A DNA stretch of 63,885 nt, filler included, from Folioceros fuciformis (Eukaryota): NCBI GenBank assembly GCA_049999805.1. It is 9 parts of 9 records of this genome, joined end to end, with 100 filler letters (N's around TTAATTAATTAA, not from the genome) between each part and the next. Parts side by side here need not be neighbours in the genome. Positions count along the whole stretch, not along the records: positions 50,922 to 53,754 come from JBNGIO010001299.1; positions 53,855 to 62,022 come from JBNGIO010001300.1; positions 62,123 to 63,885 come from JBNGIO010001307.1; 6 more parts are not named here. One strand, 5' to 3'. The position numbers and the translations under genes were made by a program. The notes below the pieces were generated by a model. The model was not told the DNA's origin and searched no databases. It saw only the letters and a list, made by a program, of their open reading frames with translations. Shown in pieces: positions 51,244-62,371 of this stretch (the stretch's first letter is position 1; each line of letters begins with the position of its first letter).

Positions 51244-51277
51244 GCCGGGCCGGGCCGGGCCGGGCCGGGCCGGGCCG
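51244..51277. repeat. (GCCGG)n pentanucleotide microsatellite
   Basis: About 6.5 perfect units. Confidence 0.95.
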
Positions 51278-52060
51278 TGACGAAGGAAGGAAGTGACGAA
51301 GGAAGGACATTCGAGTCCATGAATGAAGCAGCGTGCACCAATCCCTACCCTGCTCGGATTCTACAGCAAACCCTAAAAATAACGAGCTGGCTGGCATTGC
51401 CTTTCTGCAACGTATTCATAGCTGATGGATTGCTGTCCGGCGGGAGACATGGGAGGCGTCTGGACGAATGGAACGTAGCCGGGTCCGACACACCGCGTGC
51501 CAACGCGGGGTAGAATCCTCAAGAGCTCATCGCCTTTTATGGTTGCGGGTCCCTTCTGCGTGGCAGACCTTGGGCACGCGCCTCTCGCGCTTCACATTTA
51601 GAGCTTGGCTTTGGCCTGCTTTTTCTCATCCCCGTCATTTCCCGTCGCTCTTGACCCTTGGCCCGGAACACTATGCGTCGTCTGGACAGCGTCTCGATGT
51701 TGATGAGGGAGGATTCCAGCAATGTGCCGGGCTTGCTGCTCCATGGTCTCCATTGCACCGGATTTGTGCAGCATCGGGAGACTGAACTCGATCTTTGAAG
51801 TTATGATGCTGTCACGGTATGCTTCCCGACGATGGAGTTTCAACCGAAAAAACTAGAATTTTAAACCCAAAAAATTTAATGAACAATCTTCGTTCACTTT
51901 GTTTACCGAGTAGTGAGCCGAGAGTAGGTTGCCAAGCAAGAGAAGCAAATCACACCAACAAGAGCAAGACATGCTATTCCTCATGGCGGATGCACATTGA
52001 CCTCACTACCTTTCAAGGAAACCCAAGAATATTGAAGCTTTCAACCACAAAGTCCACAAC

Positions 52061-52274
52061 TGCACAAAACACCTCTTGTGGTGATGATGTTCATGGACTA
52101 CTTGCTGTCTTTGTTGGTCATCCTTCCTAATTCACAATCCATCTCAATCACTATCCAAAGCTCCTTCTGCACAAAACACCTCTTATGGTGATGATGTTCA
52201 TGGACTACTTACTGTCTTTGTTGGTCATCCTTCCTAATTCACAATCCATCTCAATCACTATCCAAAGCTCCTTC
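52061..52274. repeat. 107-bp tandem duplication
   Basis: 52061-52167 versus 52168-52274, two G/A differences. Confidence 0.93.
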
Positions 52275-53349
52275 GGCATTCAGTATCAAAAGCACCTCAG
52301 CACATGGAATAATATTCGTGCGTGCATAGTGTACTCTCTACCTTCAATACCAGGGAGACCAAGGAAAGGAGAAAAGAGCCACCCGTGCTGCCCGTGTAGC
52401 CAGAAACTGCACTCTCCAGACGCTACAAGCTTTTTGTGTCTGCGTTGCGACGACGTGTCCCAAGCGCCCAAATTAGGCTTGCAGGTTCAGGGGCACAAAG
52501 GGACAAAGTGGAAGAAAAAAGAAGGCGCCACTCACGATGAGTGCACAGAGTACATACTACAGAGTGGGGGGGCCCAGCCTATTGGATCCCTAAGAACGAC
52601 GAGCTAGCCTTTCCTTTCTTCAGGAGCCTACGTTGGTGTAGTGGAATGTTACCCGGCGGGAGACATGGAAGGCTGCTAGTCGAATAGGCCGCGCTACTCC
52701 CCGTACCAGCGAGGGGTCTCTAGCCTGAAAAGGCACATTAGCATTGAAGGATGCGTGTCGCTTTGCTTCGCATGGCCGATTCCATTTTAGGGCTGCTCTG
52801 CACAGCACAGCACGGCACGGCACAGTGAATGAAAGCAAAGCAAAGCAAAGCATCGCACCTCATCCGCCTCCTAGGGTTGTGTGCCAGACGCACACACTTG
52901 GCGCGCTCGCTTGTCGTCCACGTTCTGCTCTGATCCCTGCAATCTCGCACAGCTGGAGCCCTGGTGTTCCGAAAGCGTCACGACTCTCCTCTCACTGCCG
53001 CCTGGCTCGTAGAGGGGACAGCCCTTGGCGCAGTGACATGAACTGCTCCTTGTGCTCCCTGCACTGCTCGGAACCGCGACCGCCGGCAGGACGACGCCTC
53101 AATGTTGGGGTTCCAAGGATGTGGTGCCATGGCGATGGCCTGCTGGTGATGTCCCCCTTGCACCGGAACTCCCTCCCCATGTACCAAGTGTCATACCAGA
53201 TGTGCGCGGCCAACGGGCACCAAAGATACCGCAGAATCCGAGTCCTTGATATGCGATTCCTTCCTTGACTAGAGATCCAAGGCAAGCCGGCCACAGCGCT
53301 GGCAGGGTAGCAGAGCAGAAGTGTGGCCTTGAGTGCTGTGCGACATTGA

Positions 53350-53748
53350 ATGGCGTCTACGAAAAGAATTCGGGACCTCACAATCGGTCCTCTCCTTCTC
53401 ATATTATGTGGCATGCAAATTGTTCAGCTGGCTCTTGCTGGATCCGAGCAGAGACACCACGCCAACAACGTGTCATCTCTCGAAGGTAGTACTGCCATTC
53501 CACCTACACTTGTCCCTCTCCTCGCACTCGCACTTGTGTCCGCAAATCCTCAAGTTTCCTCCATCAATAATTCAGGATTTAATCTCATTGTAAGGGAAGT
53601 TTGCGGATATGCTATGATCTCGGGATCCATTGGATTGACTTCAGCTCTGGCTGCTCTCCACCATCTCCTTGTCTGGCGCCCCGAATCCCGAGCAGCTTAT
53701 GCCGCTACCGCTTTAGTCGACATCTCCTTATCGTTGATTGCACTCGGG
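53350..53748 (+). CDS. AWPM-19/PM19-like membrane protein, exon 1 (3'-truncated)
   Basis: GPLLLI..MQIV.LALAG and AMISGSIGLTSALAALHHLLVWRPESRAAYAATALV..LSLIALG|gtaatt, compared with family AILAGVVG.AS..AG.HH...WR..SLAAA. Confidence 0.72.
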
Positions 53749-53754
53749 TAATTC

Positions 53755-53854
53755 NNNNNNNNNNNNNNNNNNNNNNNNNNNNNNNNNNNNNNNNNNNNTT
53801 AATTAATTAANNNNNNNNNNNNNNNNNNNNNNNNNNNNNNNNNNNNNNNNNNNN
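53755..53854. other. Artificial contig linker
   Basis: N44-TTAATTAATTAA-N44. Confidence 0.97.
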
Positions 53855-54109
53855 GGAGGAGGAGGGGAAGGAGTGGAAGGAGGAGGAGGAGGAGGAGGAG
53901 AGGAGATTTGGAGTGGGTGGCCCATGTCAGCTGCAAGAGCAGGGATAGGGGGATGTAGCGTGGAGTGGCGTGGGGGTCTCTGTATGGAGCAGGAGATTTG
54001 GTGGAGGAGGCAGCTGCTGCAGGCAACTGGAGTTTCGTAATGGGTTTGGAGGTGATGGAGTTAGGGCTGTAGGGGGGAGAATGCAGAGTAGGAAGGAAGA
54101 GTGGAATGC

Positions 54110-55267
54110 ATGTTCGTGGATAGGGGGGATCTGGGTGGTGGGGGGACATCTGAGGATTTGTTTCAGCCGTTAGCCACACTGGCGTTTGCAGGAAGACCGG
54201 GGCTCATGGGGGAGGGCTTGGCTGTGATGCAAGCTATGCAGCTGCAGCCTTCTCCTCCCTCTGGGCCTCTGGCTGTCCCCACTGGAAGTGGAGATCTTGC
54301 AGGTGTGTCTTCGGGCAGGATGCGGAAGAAGGAGGATCGGATACCGCAATGGGGGTACCATGAGACCAAGGAGTTCATTGCCATCCGAGCCGAGCTTGAG
54401 AAGGACTTCACACAGACTAAGCGTAATAAGACCCTGTGGGAGCTGATTGCTGGCAAGATGAAGGAGAAGGGGTTTCGTCGAAGTGCTGACCAATGCAAGT
54501 GCAAGTGGAAGAATTTGGTGAACAGATACAAGGTTGGGGCTGGGCAGTGTCTGCACTTCGCGTTTGAGTTTTGGCTTTTCTTGGACCTGGCGTTGGGTTG
54601 TGGGGGTATGTTGTGGCTTTTGCTGGCCACCCTGGGTCGCTTGGCTTGGTTGGAGTGATGAGAAGCCTTTCGTTGTCTATGTTTGCAGGGGAAGGAGACA
54701 TCAGAGCCTGATAATGGTAGGCAATGCCCGTTCTATGAAGAGCTTGATGCCATCTTCAAGGAACGTTTGAAGAATTCGGACAGGCTCCTCCTGGAGTCAG
54801 AGTCTGGGGCAAGGCCCAAGAAGAAAGGTAAAAGGTTGAAGCGTAGCCTGGTTGGGGAGAAGTCATCGGACGATGACACCGAGGACGATGATGATGACGA
54901 TGAAGAGAGTGAGGATGAGCGAGTTGTGCGACGCAAGAAGAGGAAAGCCGACAAAGAAAGGCAGCGTGTGACTGCCGAAAAATATCGAGCAAGCAGCATG
55001 CAGGAAGTGCTCGAAGACTTTTTCCAACAGCAGCAAAGGGTGGAGGAGCAGTGGAGGGAATTAGTTGAAAGAAGGGAGCACGAGAGAAGGGCTCGGGAAC
55101 AGGAGTGGAGGGATGTAGTGGGGAAGCTTGAGCAGGAGCGGATTGCAAGAGAGCAGCTCTTCCGAGAGCGTGAGGAGCAGAGACGATTAAAGGAGGAAGC
55201 TCGAGCTGAGAAACGAGATGAACTGTTTGCTGCTCTCGTCACCAAGTTTGTCAATGAGGACCACTAG
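54110..55267 (+). CDS. Trihelix (Myb/SANT-like) transcription factor, GT-1/GT-3 clade; exons 54110-54532, 54689-55267
   Basis: PQWGYHETKEFIAIR..TKRNKTLWELIAGKMKEKGFRRSADQCKCKWKNLVNRYK|GKET..QCPFYEEL, acidic tract, NLS RRKKRK, C-terminal coiled coil. Confidence 0.94.
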
Positions 55268-56482
55268 CAGGAATAGTTGCACCAGCTGCTTTGCTTTTGG
55301 GGTATGGCAAAGTGTGACGGCCAGTCCATGCTCCGGCGGGGCAAGCAGCGTCTGTGGATTCGGTAGTCATTGTTCTGACCGGATCGCTTCTGTGAGTGTC
55401 TGTGTGCAATCTGCACACAGACGCCATACTGTACTGTAGGGGGTACAACTCTGACCTTAGAACAGGAGGCTCATGGCTGCACATGTGTCCGGCCTCCAGC
55501 CAAATTCGGCGAATTTTTCATTTTGTGGGTTCTGGGTAGCTTCTCCGATTTAGCTTTCGCAGGAATTTCACCTGCAGACTTAAAAGCGATGCTGCTCAAG
55601 CTGGAAAAATGCGCTTGTAAAGTACGGGCCGCAAGGATGCTAGGTGTGGAAATTTGGGTGGTCTTCCATCCCTTCTCAAAATTCTGTGATCAAGACAAAC
55701 AAGATGATGTGGTCTCCGTGGATTGTCATCTTGAAGTTTTGTCAAGTCTTAGCTTTTGTCCACAGTCTCCATCTGGACCATTGCCAACCAGATTCTTTTG
55801 GAGCTTCCTATGTCCTCGTAAGGGCATCTACAGCAAAGCGTCCTGTCGAGATAACGTGTATAGTGTGAGTCGAATGTAGTCATTTGGCGAGTCAGGGGAC
55901 GTCACGGAACTGAAAAAGAGTTTCAGGAATTTTCTTACTTTTTTAAAGCCAGGATTCTGATAAGACAAGACCATGACGCTGCCTGCAGGCTGGGCAAATA
56001 CGTTGTTGAATCTTGGACAGAACTCCATGATTTGGGGGCAGGCATGCCTGGCAACCTAACTCTTTTCGAACAAGTCTGCTCGTGGCAGCCGGACTTGTTG
56101 CCTGCTACACAGCATGCTCTTCCCTACGACGAATATCCTGTGAGGACAACTAAGTAGCCAATAACGACGAATGGACCACCAAACTTGAAATAACGACGAC
56201 AGCCTGCCTTGTGGCTCAGCAAACCAATCGCTCATATGTAGCTGCGTCTCCAGTCCTCACTCATGGCTCGAGTGCATCTGCAACATAAACACGTACCCAA
56301 TGTCTGAGGAACACCTCCATGTGTTCAAACCAACATTTAGAGAGACTTATGACGCAAGCCAGCCATACTAAAAAATACCTTGGTATGACGGGAGGATCAA
56401 GCAATCTTCGAATGTGATCCCGGAGTGATGAGAACCGCAGGTCTGCACGAGACCTGCAAAACAGATTTCATGGGCTGCCTGA

Positions 56483-57988
56483 TCATAAGTATGTGCCCAT
56501 AGGGACATTATGAAGGAGGTTGTGAGCTATCACATCCCGCTGTTGTAGTGCGGATACCGGCGAGTTAGTTAGTTCTGCATACATTACATCATCTGCTATG
56601 TTGTAGGTAAGCTCAGGGTCAAATCCTTCGTCATGCTGTTCGCAGACATTGTGGAGGACACAGCAAGCACCAAGCACTGCCGGCAATTCCTGCAATTTGA
56701 CCTCTGACCTCCTCTGGAGAAAGCGCCAGCGTCCCTTAAGCCTTCCAAAAGCCCCCTCAGCAATCTTCTGTGCCTCTTTGATCTTCTCATTGAACGTGTG
56801 ATGAGCCCACGTCATATTTTGGTGCATGTACGGAACCAAGAGCCAGTCCAAAAGTGGATACCCTGCACCACCCACGAGCCACATTCCTTTGAGCGAGCCA
56901 TTATAACCCCGCTGAAACAAGGCCGATTTCTCCAACACCTGTGAGTCAGGCATAGATCCCGGCCAACCTATACATACATCGGTGAAAGCCCCTTTGATGT
57001 CCACCACACCCTGCAATGTAATGGAGTAAGATGTCTTCTGGTTGCGATCAGTGTGACGCTTGTTGTAGTATGCTGCCACATTGATCTTAGGAGCAATGAT
57101 GGGAATATGTGTGGTATACATTGACCCCACTACATTCTGTATCCCACAAACAGCTTCGTAGTCATGCATCACAGCCTGGAGTCGCTCTTTTGAAGGCCAC
57201 TGCACATACTTTGGGAGAAGCACATCATTGATGGCAGCGCAGACTTCAAGGATGAGCTTGTGGCAGGTTGAGATACCGAGACCAAACCTTTTGGACACCA
57301 GCCTCAAGGGCTCACCTGTTGCCAAACGCCAAATGCAAACGGCTACCCGCTGCCTGACCGGAATGGCAGCCCGTAGCATGGTGTCCTCCTTGGCCACCAC
57401 AGACCTAAGTTCCTCGCATATCCTATCAAACGTGCGAGGACTCATCCTAAACGCTCTGTGAAATTCCTCCACAGGAAACCCTGGATGACTGCACCTTTCC
57501 CACCATGCCTGCGAGCGAGTTTTGACCCACAGTCGGCGTTGCACACTAGTCTGAGTAGAAATGGCTGCTCCAACTGCGGCTGCTGCCAACCGGGTCCGCT
57601 TGAACCTGCATCGCTCCAGCTCATCCAAATCCGCATACTCTTCTTGCAGCTGGCTGTAGTACTCCATTAGGTCATTCATTCTTCGTCGGTGTTCCTCCTC
57701 CAGAACCTCCCATTCCAAGCGATAAAGCCTCTCAATCTCCTCCTGCTCCTGCCTCCGCTGCTCCTCGTACAGCAGGAACATGAGCAACACCTTCAAGGTG
57801 GCCTTCTTGCGGCTCCTGGGACGCTTGCGCTGTATCAAACCGTTCATGTCCAGCAAATCCGTGGTCAATTCCTTCCCCTGATCCTCATCCAACTGTCCCT
57901 CCAGCATGGCTGAGAAATCCAGACCGCCTTGCATGACGTCGGAGCCTTGACAGGTCATCACCTCCTGGTCATGCGACACTTGATGCAT
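56483..57988 (-). CDS. Domesticated Harbinger transposase-derived nuclease (HARBI1/ALP1-like, AT5G12010/AT4G29780-type), intronless, DDE triad degenerate
   Basis: RRLWVK.RS..WW, FRMS..TF, QRVAVCIWRLATG..FGLGISTCH, GSMYTTHIPI (for GxIDGTH), GWPGSMPD, VGGAGYPL (for GDxGYP), AFGRLKGRW, ACCVLHNVCE. Confidence 0.93.
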   Translation of the reverse strand: MHQVSHDQEVMTCQGSDVMQGGLDFSAMLEGQLDEDQGKELTTDLLDMNGLIQRKRPRSRKKATLKVLLMFLLYEEQRRQEQEEIERLYRLEWEVLEEEHRRRMNDLMEYYSQLQEEYADLDELERCRFKRTRLAAAAVGAAISTQTSVQRRLWVKTRSQAWWERCSHPGFPVEEFHRAFRMSPRTFDRICEELRSVVAKEDTMLRAAIPVRQRVAVCIWRLATGEPLRLVSKRFGLGISTCHKLILEVCAAINDVLLPKYVQWPSKERLQAVMHDYEAVCGIQNVVGSMYTTHIPIIAPKINVAAYYNKRHTDRNQKTSYSITLQGVVDIKGAFTDVCIGWPGSMPDSQVLEKSALFQRGYNGSLKGMWLVGGAGYPLLDWLLVPYMHQNMTWAHHTFNEKIKEAQKIAEGAFGRLKGRWRFLQRRSEVKLQELPAVLGACCVLHNVCEQHDEGFDPELTYNIADDVMYAELTNSPVSALQQRDVIAHNLLHNVPMGTYL

Positions 57989-58784
57989 TCCCCCCCGTCC
58001 CTCACCAACACAAAAGCAAGTGCCCGTTGTTTAACGAGAACTCTGCCACTAGCTCAAACGGTCGAGTGTCACCACCACTTGGTGCGGAATAGTTTCATCC
58101 ATCTGCAGGCAAGGAAACTACATGCTTTTCATCACCAAACCATCTCGGGCGCACCTCACTCTCACAAGCAACTGAGGGAATGCCTTAATGCCGTGAGACG
58201 GCCCGTCGATCCTTTGCTAGAATCATGTCTCACAGGCTCTGCCCATGCAACCTCGGCTCGGTCGGTCGCCACCTTCTTGTCGGCACGATCTCAGCATTTC
58301 GTTACCTGCATTATGATTCAGGTGTTGAACATGTTTCAACCCTATTTCGGCAGACGACGATTATGAAACCAAGTGTCAAGAATATACAAGAATATTGAAT
58401 GAATATAATTAAATATAGATATTTTCCGCTTTTGGTCGGTTTGGGGTCAAGTTTCGATGCGTTGAAGCCCCAAACAAGGCCACTCCCTTACCATAGTCAT
58501 TGGTCGCGAGTCGTGGCACCAGAAGCCCAAAACGGGGCTCGCTTGTGCCGTCCCTTTTCGTGGCCGTTCTTTAATACATTAATACATAGCCTTCTTTTCG
58601 ACTAAATTTTCCGATGTATGTATAGATCATAAAAATGTGATTATCAATATGGAGTCTTTATAATAAAGACAAGAGATGGAAACTTATCTACTCCTAACAA
58701 AAAGCGGAACCTGGTGAAGAGGTCCACCAAACCTGGTGAGTAACATTAACATCTACAATGGAAATCTAATCTCTGGTCAGCCTT

Positions 58785-59641
58785 CTATGGCTCTCCGGCT
58801 TTCTTCTGACGGCAGTCCCATGCCCAGTGGCCAGCAGCTCCACACCAATTGCAATTTTCGGCCCAGCAAGGAGGGGCAAAGGTTGATTCACCTTTAGGGG
58901 TGAAGTTTGGCCTGCCCTTCTGAGTCTTCCCGGGCTTGGAATGGGTGGACAAAGCCCTGCCTGCTTTGGGCTTGGACCCTCTTGCAGTGTTAAGACGGCT
59001 CTGCTCCTGCTGATACAGAGTGCCTACGATGTCCTCCACTGTCAAGGTGGGAATCGTGCTTAACTTACAGTGGGTAGATACCAACATCAGGTTGGTAACA
59101 AAGTTTTGGTAAGAGGATGGTAAGCTCATCAACAGTTGTGCAGCGGCATCAGTCTCCCACATGGTGGAGCCAAGGGAGGTGAGCTGCCCTCGTAGCTGTC
59201 TGAACTTCGAGATATGAGCAGAGATCGTATCTGTCTCTTCATCCTTAAGGAGTTGAATTCCTGCCTTACACTATACATGGTTAGAACGTTGTTAACATTG
59301 TACGTGATCGATAGCTAGTCCCAGATTACAGAGGCCTTCGTAAGGAACTCCATGCTGAGCACTAGACTTGAATCAAGTCCGCTGATGAGGAGAGCAATTG
59401 CAATCCCATTCAAATAGTCCCATCTCTCAACAACAATGATTGGCAGGGGTGTAGTGGTAGAAGGGTCGGGCTTTGGAAGGGTGCCATCGACGATCTTCCA
59501 AACGCCTCGACCTATCAAGATGGACTTCATGCACACGCGCCACACCGGGAAGTGGTGGCCGTTGAACCGATCTTTTTTCTTCATATGATCAGTGTAGACG
59601 AGGCTTGCACCTGTGAAGGTGGACGAAGTGGTGCTCACCAT
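58785..59641 (-). pseudogene. Copia-type gag (UBN2-like plus CCHC zinc knuckle) with one stop and a frameshift
   Basis: FNGHHFPVWRVCMKSILIGRGVWKIVDG, ASVIWD*L, ISAHISKF, LLMSLPSSYQNF, CNWCGAAGHWAWDC. Confidence 0.88.
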
Positions 59642-60975
59642 AGCTATTGCGAAGTCTAATGATAGTAAGTTAAATTGTTGTATCAAGTGGTCCACAAAGG
59701 AATTGTAGGTTATGGTCATAAACTCAGGCAGAGGGGTGTACAACACATTGGTTCTTCCTTCAATGTTGTTGGACAAGAGTTACGAGGGAACACAATTATT
59801 CAAGGATAGGCTGGCGTTAGTACCCTCCTGGTTCAACAAAGCATCACCAAGGTGCTCAGGACCACTCAATGTCCAACCAGTTAGGAACTTGCAAGCTATC
59901 CACCTCCAATTTCGCTATACGACGAAAGGCGAAAAACTGGGTCCACCAAACACTGAGTTGTGTGCTCGAGCTGATCCCACAAGGTCGAGGCATGATCCGT
60001 GGAGGTTGAAGGTGCTGGTTATCAAACTTTAGATATCGCTTGCGAGTAGGTGAGGCTGGTTCGATCTTCAATGGATCTCTATGCTCCACGAAGTCGCTTG
60101 AATCATACGTCCAACCTGAAGTCCTAGGATGCCCAAGGCCAGATTGATCGTTAGTAGAAAAAATAGAGAGAATATAGGCATATCCTACCGGGGGTGGAAG
60201 ATTCCCAAGAGCAGAGTCCAAGTGAGAAACGGCGCTGAATGGAACCGGTTCGAAATTGCTACCCGAAAAGCCGTTGGGGTGGCCTGAAGAGGTTCACCGC
60301 CGAAACGACAACTTAAGTTGTTGTTTCGCGAGCGGGGCAGCGGTCGCAAAGCAGCGCGCTAGCCTCCGCGCGCACACCGTGCGTTGCTGCGTCGCAGCGT
60401 TGCACCGCAACAGTGCGCTCTTGCTCCAGTGCTTGCAACAAGTTGCGAGCACGATCGGCTGCCCATGCTAGTGCTCCTGGTTGATGCACCTCCCCCTGTT
60501 GTGGGTTAGCTCCAGATATGCCAAATTTCAAACCAAAACTTGATGAGATTTGGTTGTTGTCTTGCAATCTTGCATATCCCCTCAAATCTTCCTCAAATCT
60601 CAACAGATTTTGCTCAAATCTGGCCTCACTAGGAGGAGTCCTAGTAGCAAAAAGCAGATTGTGTAGAAGATCTTGAGAATTTGAAGTGGGAAGAGGTAGG
60701 AGGCTGCGAGATGCTCCGGGGACTAAATGGTCTTCTGACTATATTTGGTTTATATTTTCCGTATTCTAGATCGATAGGTTTCATTTGCAAAGATTCTTTT
60801 TACAATTCAAGCAAAAGAAAACTATCATGATTTGATGCATGATTTCTTTTGCAGAGCTGGCTGAGCTAGCCAAGAAGATCTACGAACAAGCGAGTAAAGT
60901 TATCAAACTTTAGATATCGCTTGTGCAACCTGAACGACATGTTTCTAGCCATGATCAGAAGACCATGTGAGCCGA

Positions 60976-60988
60976 GGCTCTGATACCA
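60976..60988 (-). promoter_or_regulatory. Primer-binding site for initiator tRNA-Met
   Basis: Minus strand reads TGGTATCAGAGCC immediately after the LTR-terminal CA. Confidence 0.92.
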
Positions 60989-61302
60989 TGAGAAAATCCT
61001 AACAATAGGATTGTGTAGCATGCATCTAACCCATGATGCTACGCAAGATATGTTCTTGGTTAATTAGTTAAACAAGAGGTACACAAGGTGTGTTTTAAGG
61101 TGGTGCAAGATGTTCGTTCATGATGAGGCACACCCTTTCGTAGTGACCTAACCCTCTAGACAGTAACTAGATTATAGGTAGGGATACAGACAAATTAACT
61201 ATTCCGTAACATCTATCCTAGAGGATTAAGAACATGTTCACAAATGAAGTCCTCGCTTGGGTGAGTAACATTAATATATACAATGGAAATCTAATCCCCT
61301 CA
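60989..61302 (-). repeat. 5' LTR (~314 bp)
   Basis: Terminal inverted TGAG/CTCA, abuts the PBS, first ~40 bp recur at 58735-58771. Confidence 0.75.
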
Positions 61303-61369
61303 GCTAGAATTAGATCAATCTAAAGAAAAAAAGGAAGTAAGGGCATTCCCTTATGTGTGGTAGCTGATT

Positions 61370-62015
61370 CTTGGCACACACAAGTGCGCGCTAGCAATTA
61401 GCTGGCACAAACTTGTGCACACTATTGGGTTGATTCAAAGTTCGATTCTTGGTGCACATAAGTGCGTGATAGTAATTAGCTAACATAAACTTGTTCGCAT
61501 AATTGGGTTGATTCAAAGTCTTTTAAACATCATAAGAAGAAGAAAAATAGACTAAACAAGTACCTCAAGTACTTTTAGAGCATGATTCTCTGATGAACAA
61601 CATTCCTTGATAGTTTCAACTTGCTTTGCAAAATTTTTGCACACCGTCAAATTGAATACTCAAATGACCACCATTCAACAAGGATTATTACTTCGAAGTA
61701 ACTTTTAATACATCCAACTCTTAGACTGCCTCACACTGCTGTACCCTCTTCGCTACTGCTATATATTGTCTATTGATGTTCTCCAGCATCTACAAGCTCA
61801 AACAACAACTTTTCCAAGTATAAGCTATTTACCTCCTTCTTCTTTCTCTTCCGGATTAGAATTATTGGCCTTTCAATCAATTGTTTGTGGAGGGATTTAA
61901 GGCCACTAGTGTCTTTTATATTATTCATGCACTTGTACATAACTTGTCTTTGCAACATAAAAAGAGAACATTTGCATCAATAACATACAATGATAGGTAT
62001 TTGATCAATATCACA
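61370..62015. repeat. Dispersed repeat homologous to 20560-20885, with internal ~78-bp tandem duplication (about 61366-61519)
   Basis: Direct sequence comparison by eye. Confidence 0.7.
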
Positions 62016-62022
62016 AGAGATC

Positions 62023-62122
62023 NNNNNNNNNNNNNNNNNNNNNNNNNNNNNNNNNNNNNNNNNNNNTTAATTAATTAANNNNNNNNNNNNNNNNNNNNNN
62101 NNNNNNNNNNNNNNNNNNNNNN
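62023..62122. other. Artificial contig linker
   Basis: N44-TTAATTAATTAA-N44. Confidence 0.97.
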
Positions 62123-62371
62123 ATAAATTAGAAAATTGAGACATATTCATCCCTACTCGATGAAAGACGAATTTAAAGACTAACACAACAAATGCTATTC
62201 TAAATTTCATAGAACATATTTTTTTGCCTTATACATAATATAATAAAATTACTATAAATTAGAAAATTGAGACATATTCATCCCTACTCGATGAAAGACG
62301 TATTTAAAGACTAACGCAACAAAGGCTATCCTAAATTTCATTGAACATATATTTTTGCCTTATACATAATA
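62123..62371. repeat. 131-bp-period AT-rich tandem duplication
   Basis: ataaattagaaaattgagacatattcatccctactcgatgaaagacg at 62123 and 62254. Confidence 0.9.

Larger units (their letters stand above)
58692..61302 (-). mobile_element. Non-autonomous gag-only Copia-type LTR element (5' LTR, PBS, long leader, gag, 3' LTR remnant)
   Basis: LTR TGAG...CTCA at 61302-60989, PBS adjacent, no pol, LTR-matching block at 58735-58771. Confidence 0.75.

Noticed and set aside
50922-53300. Several 100-190 aa ORFs
   Set aside because: Low-complexity, microsatellite-driven, no recognisable homology.
56483-57988. Active Harbinger transposase
   Set aside because: Two catalytic Asp positions are replaced and it resembles a conserved host clade; no TIR pair with TSD.
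3220-62122. Recurrent TTAATTAATTAA motif and ORFs ending in XXX-LIN
   Set aside because: Artificial six-frame-stop linker. ORFs and gene neighbourhoods crossing it (e.g. Gnk2-like next to CCaMK) are not biological.
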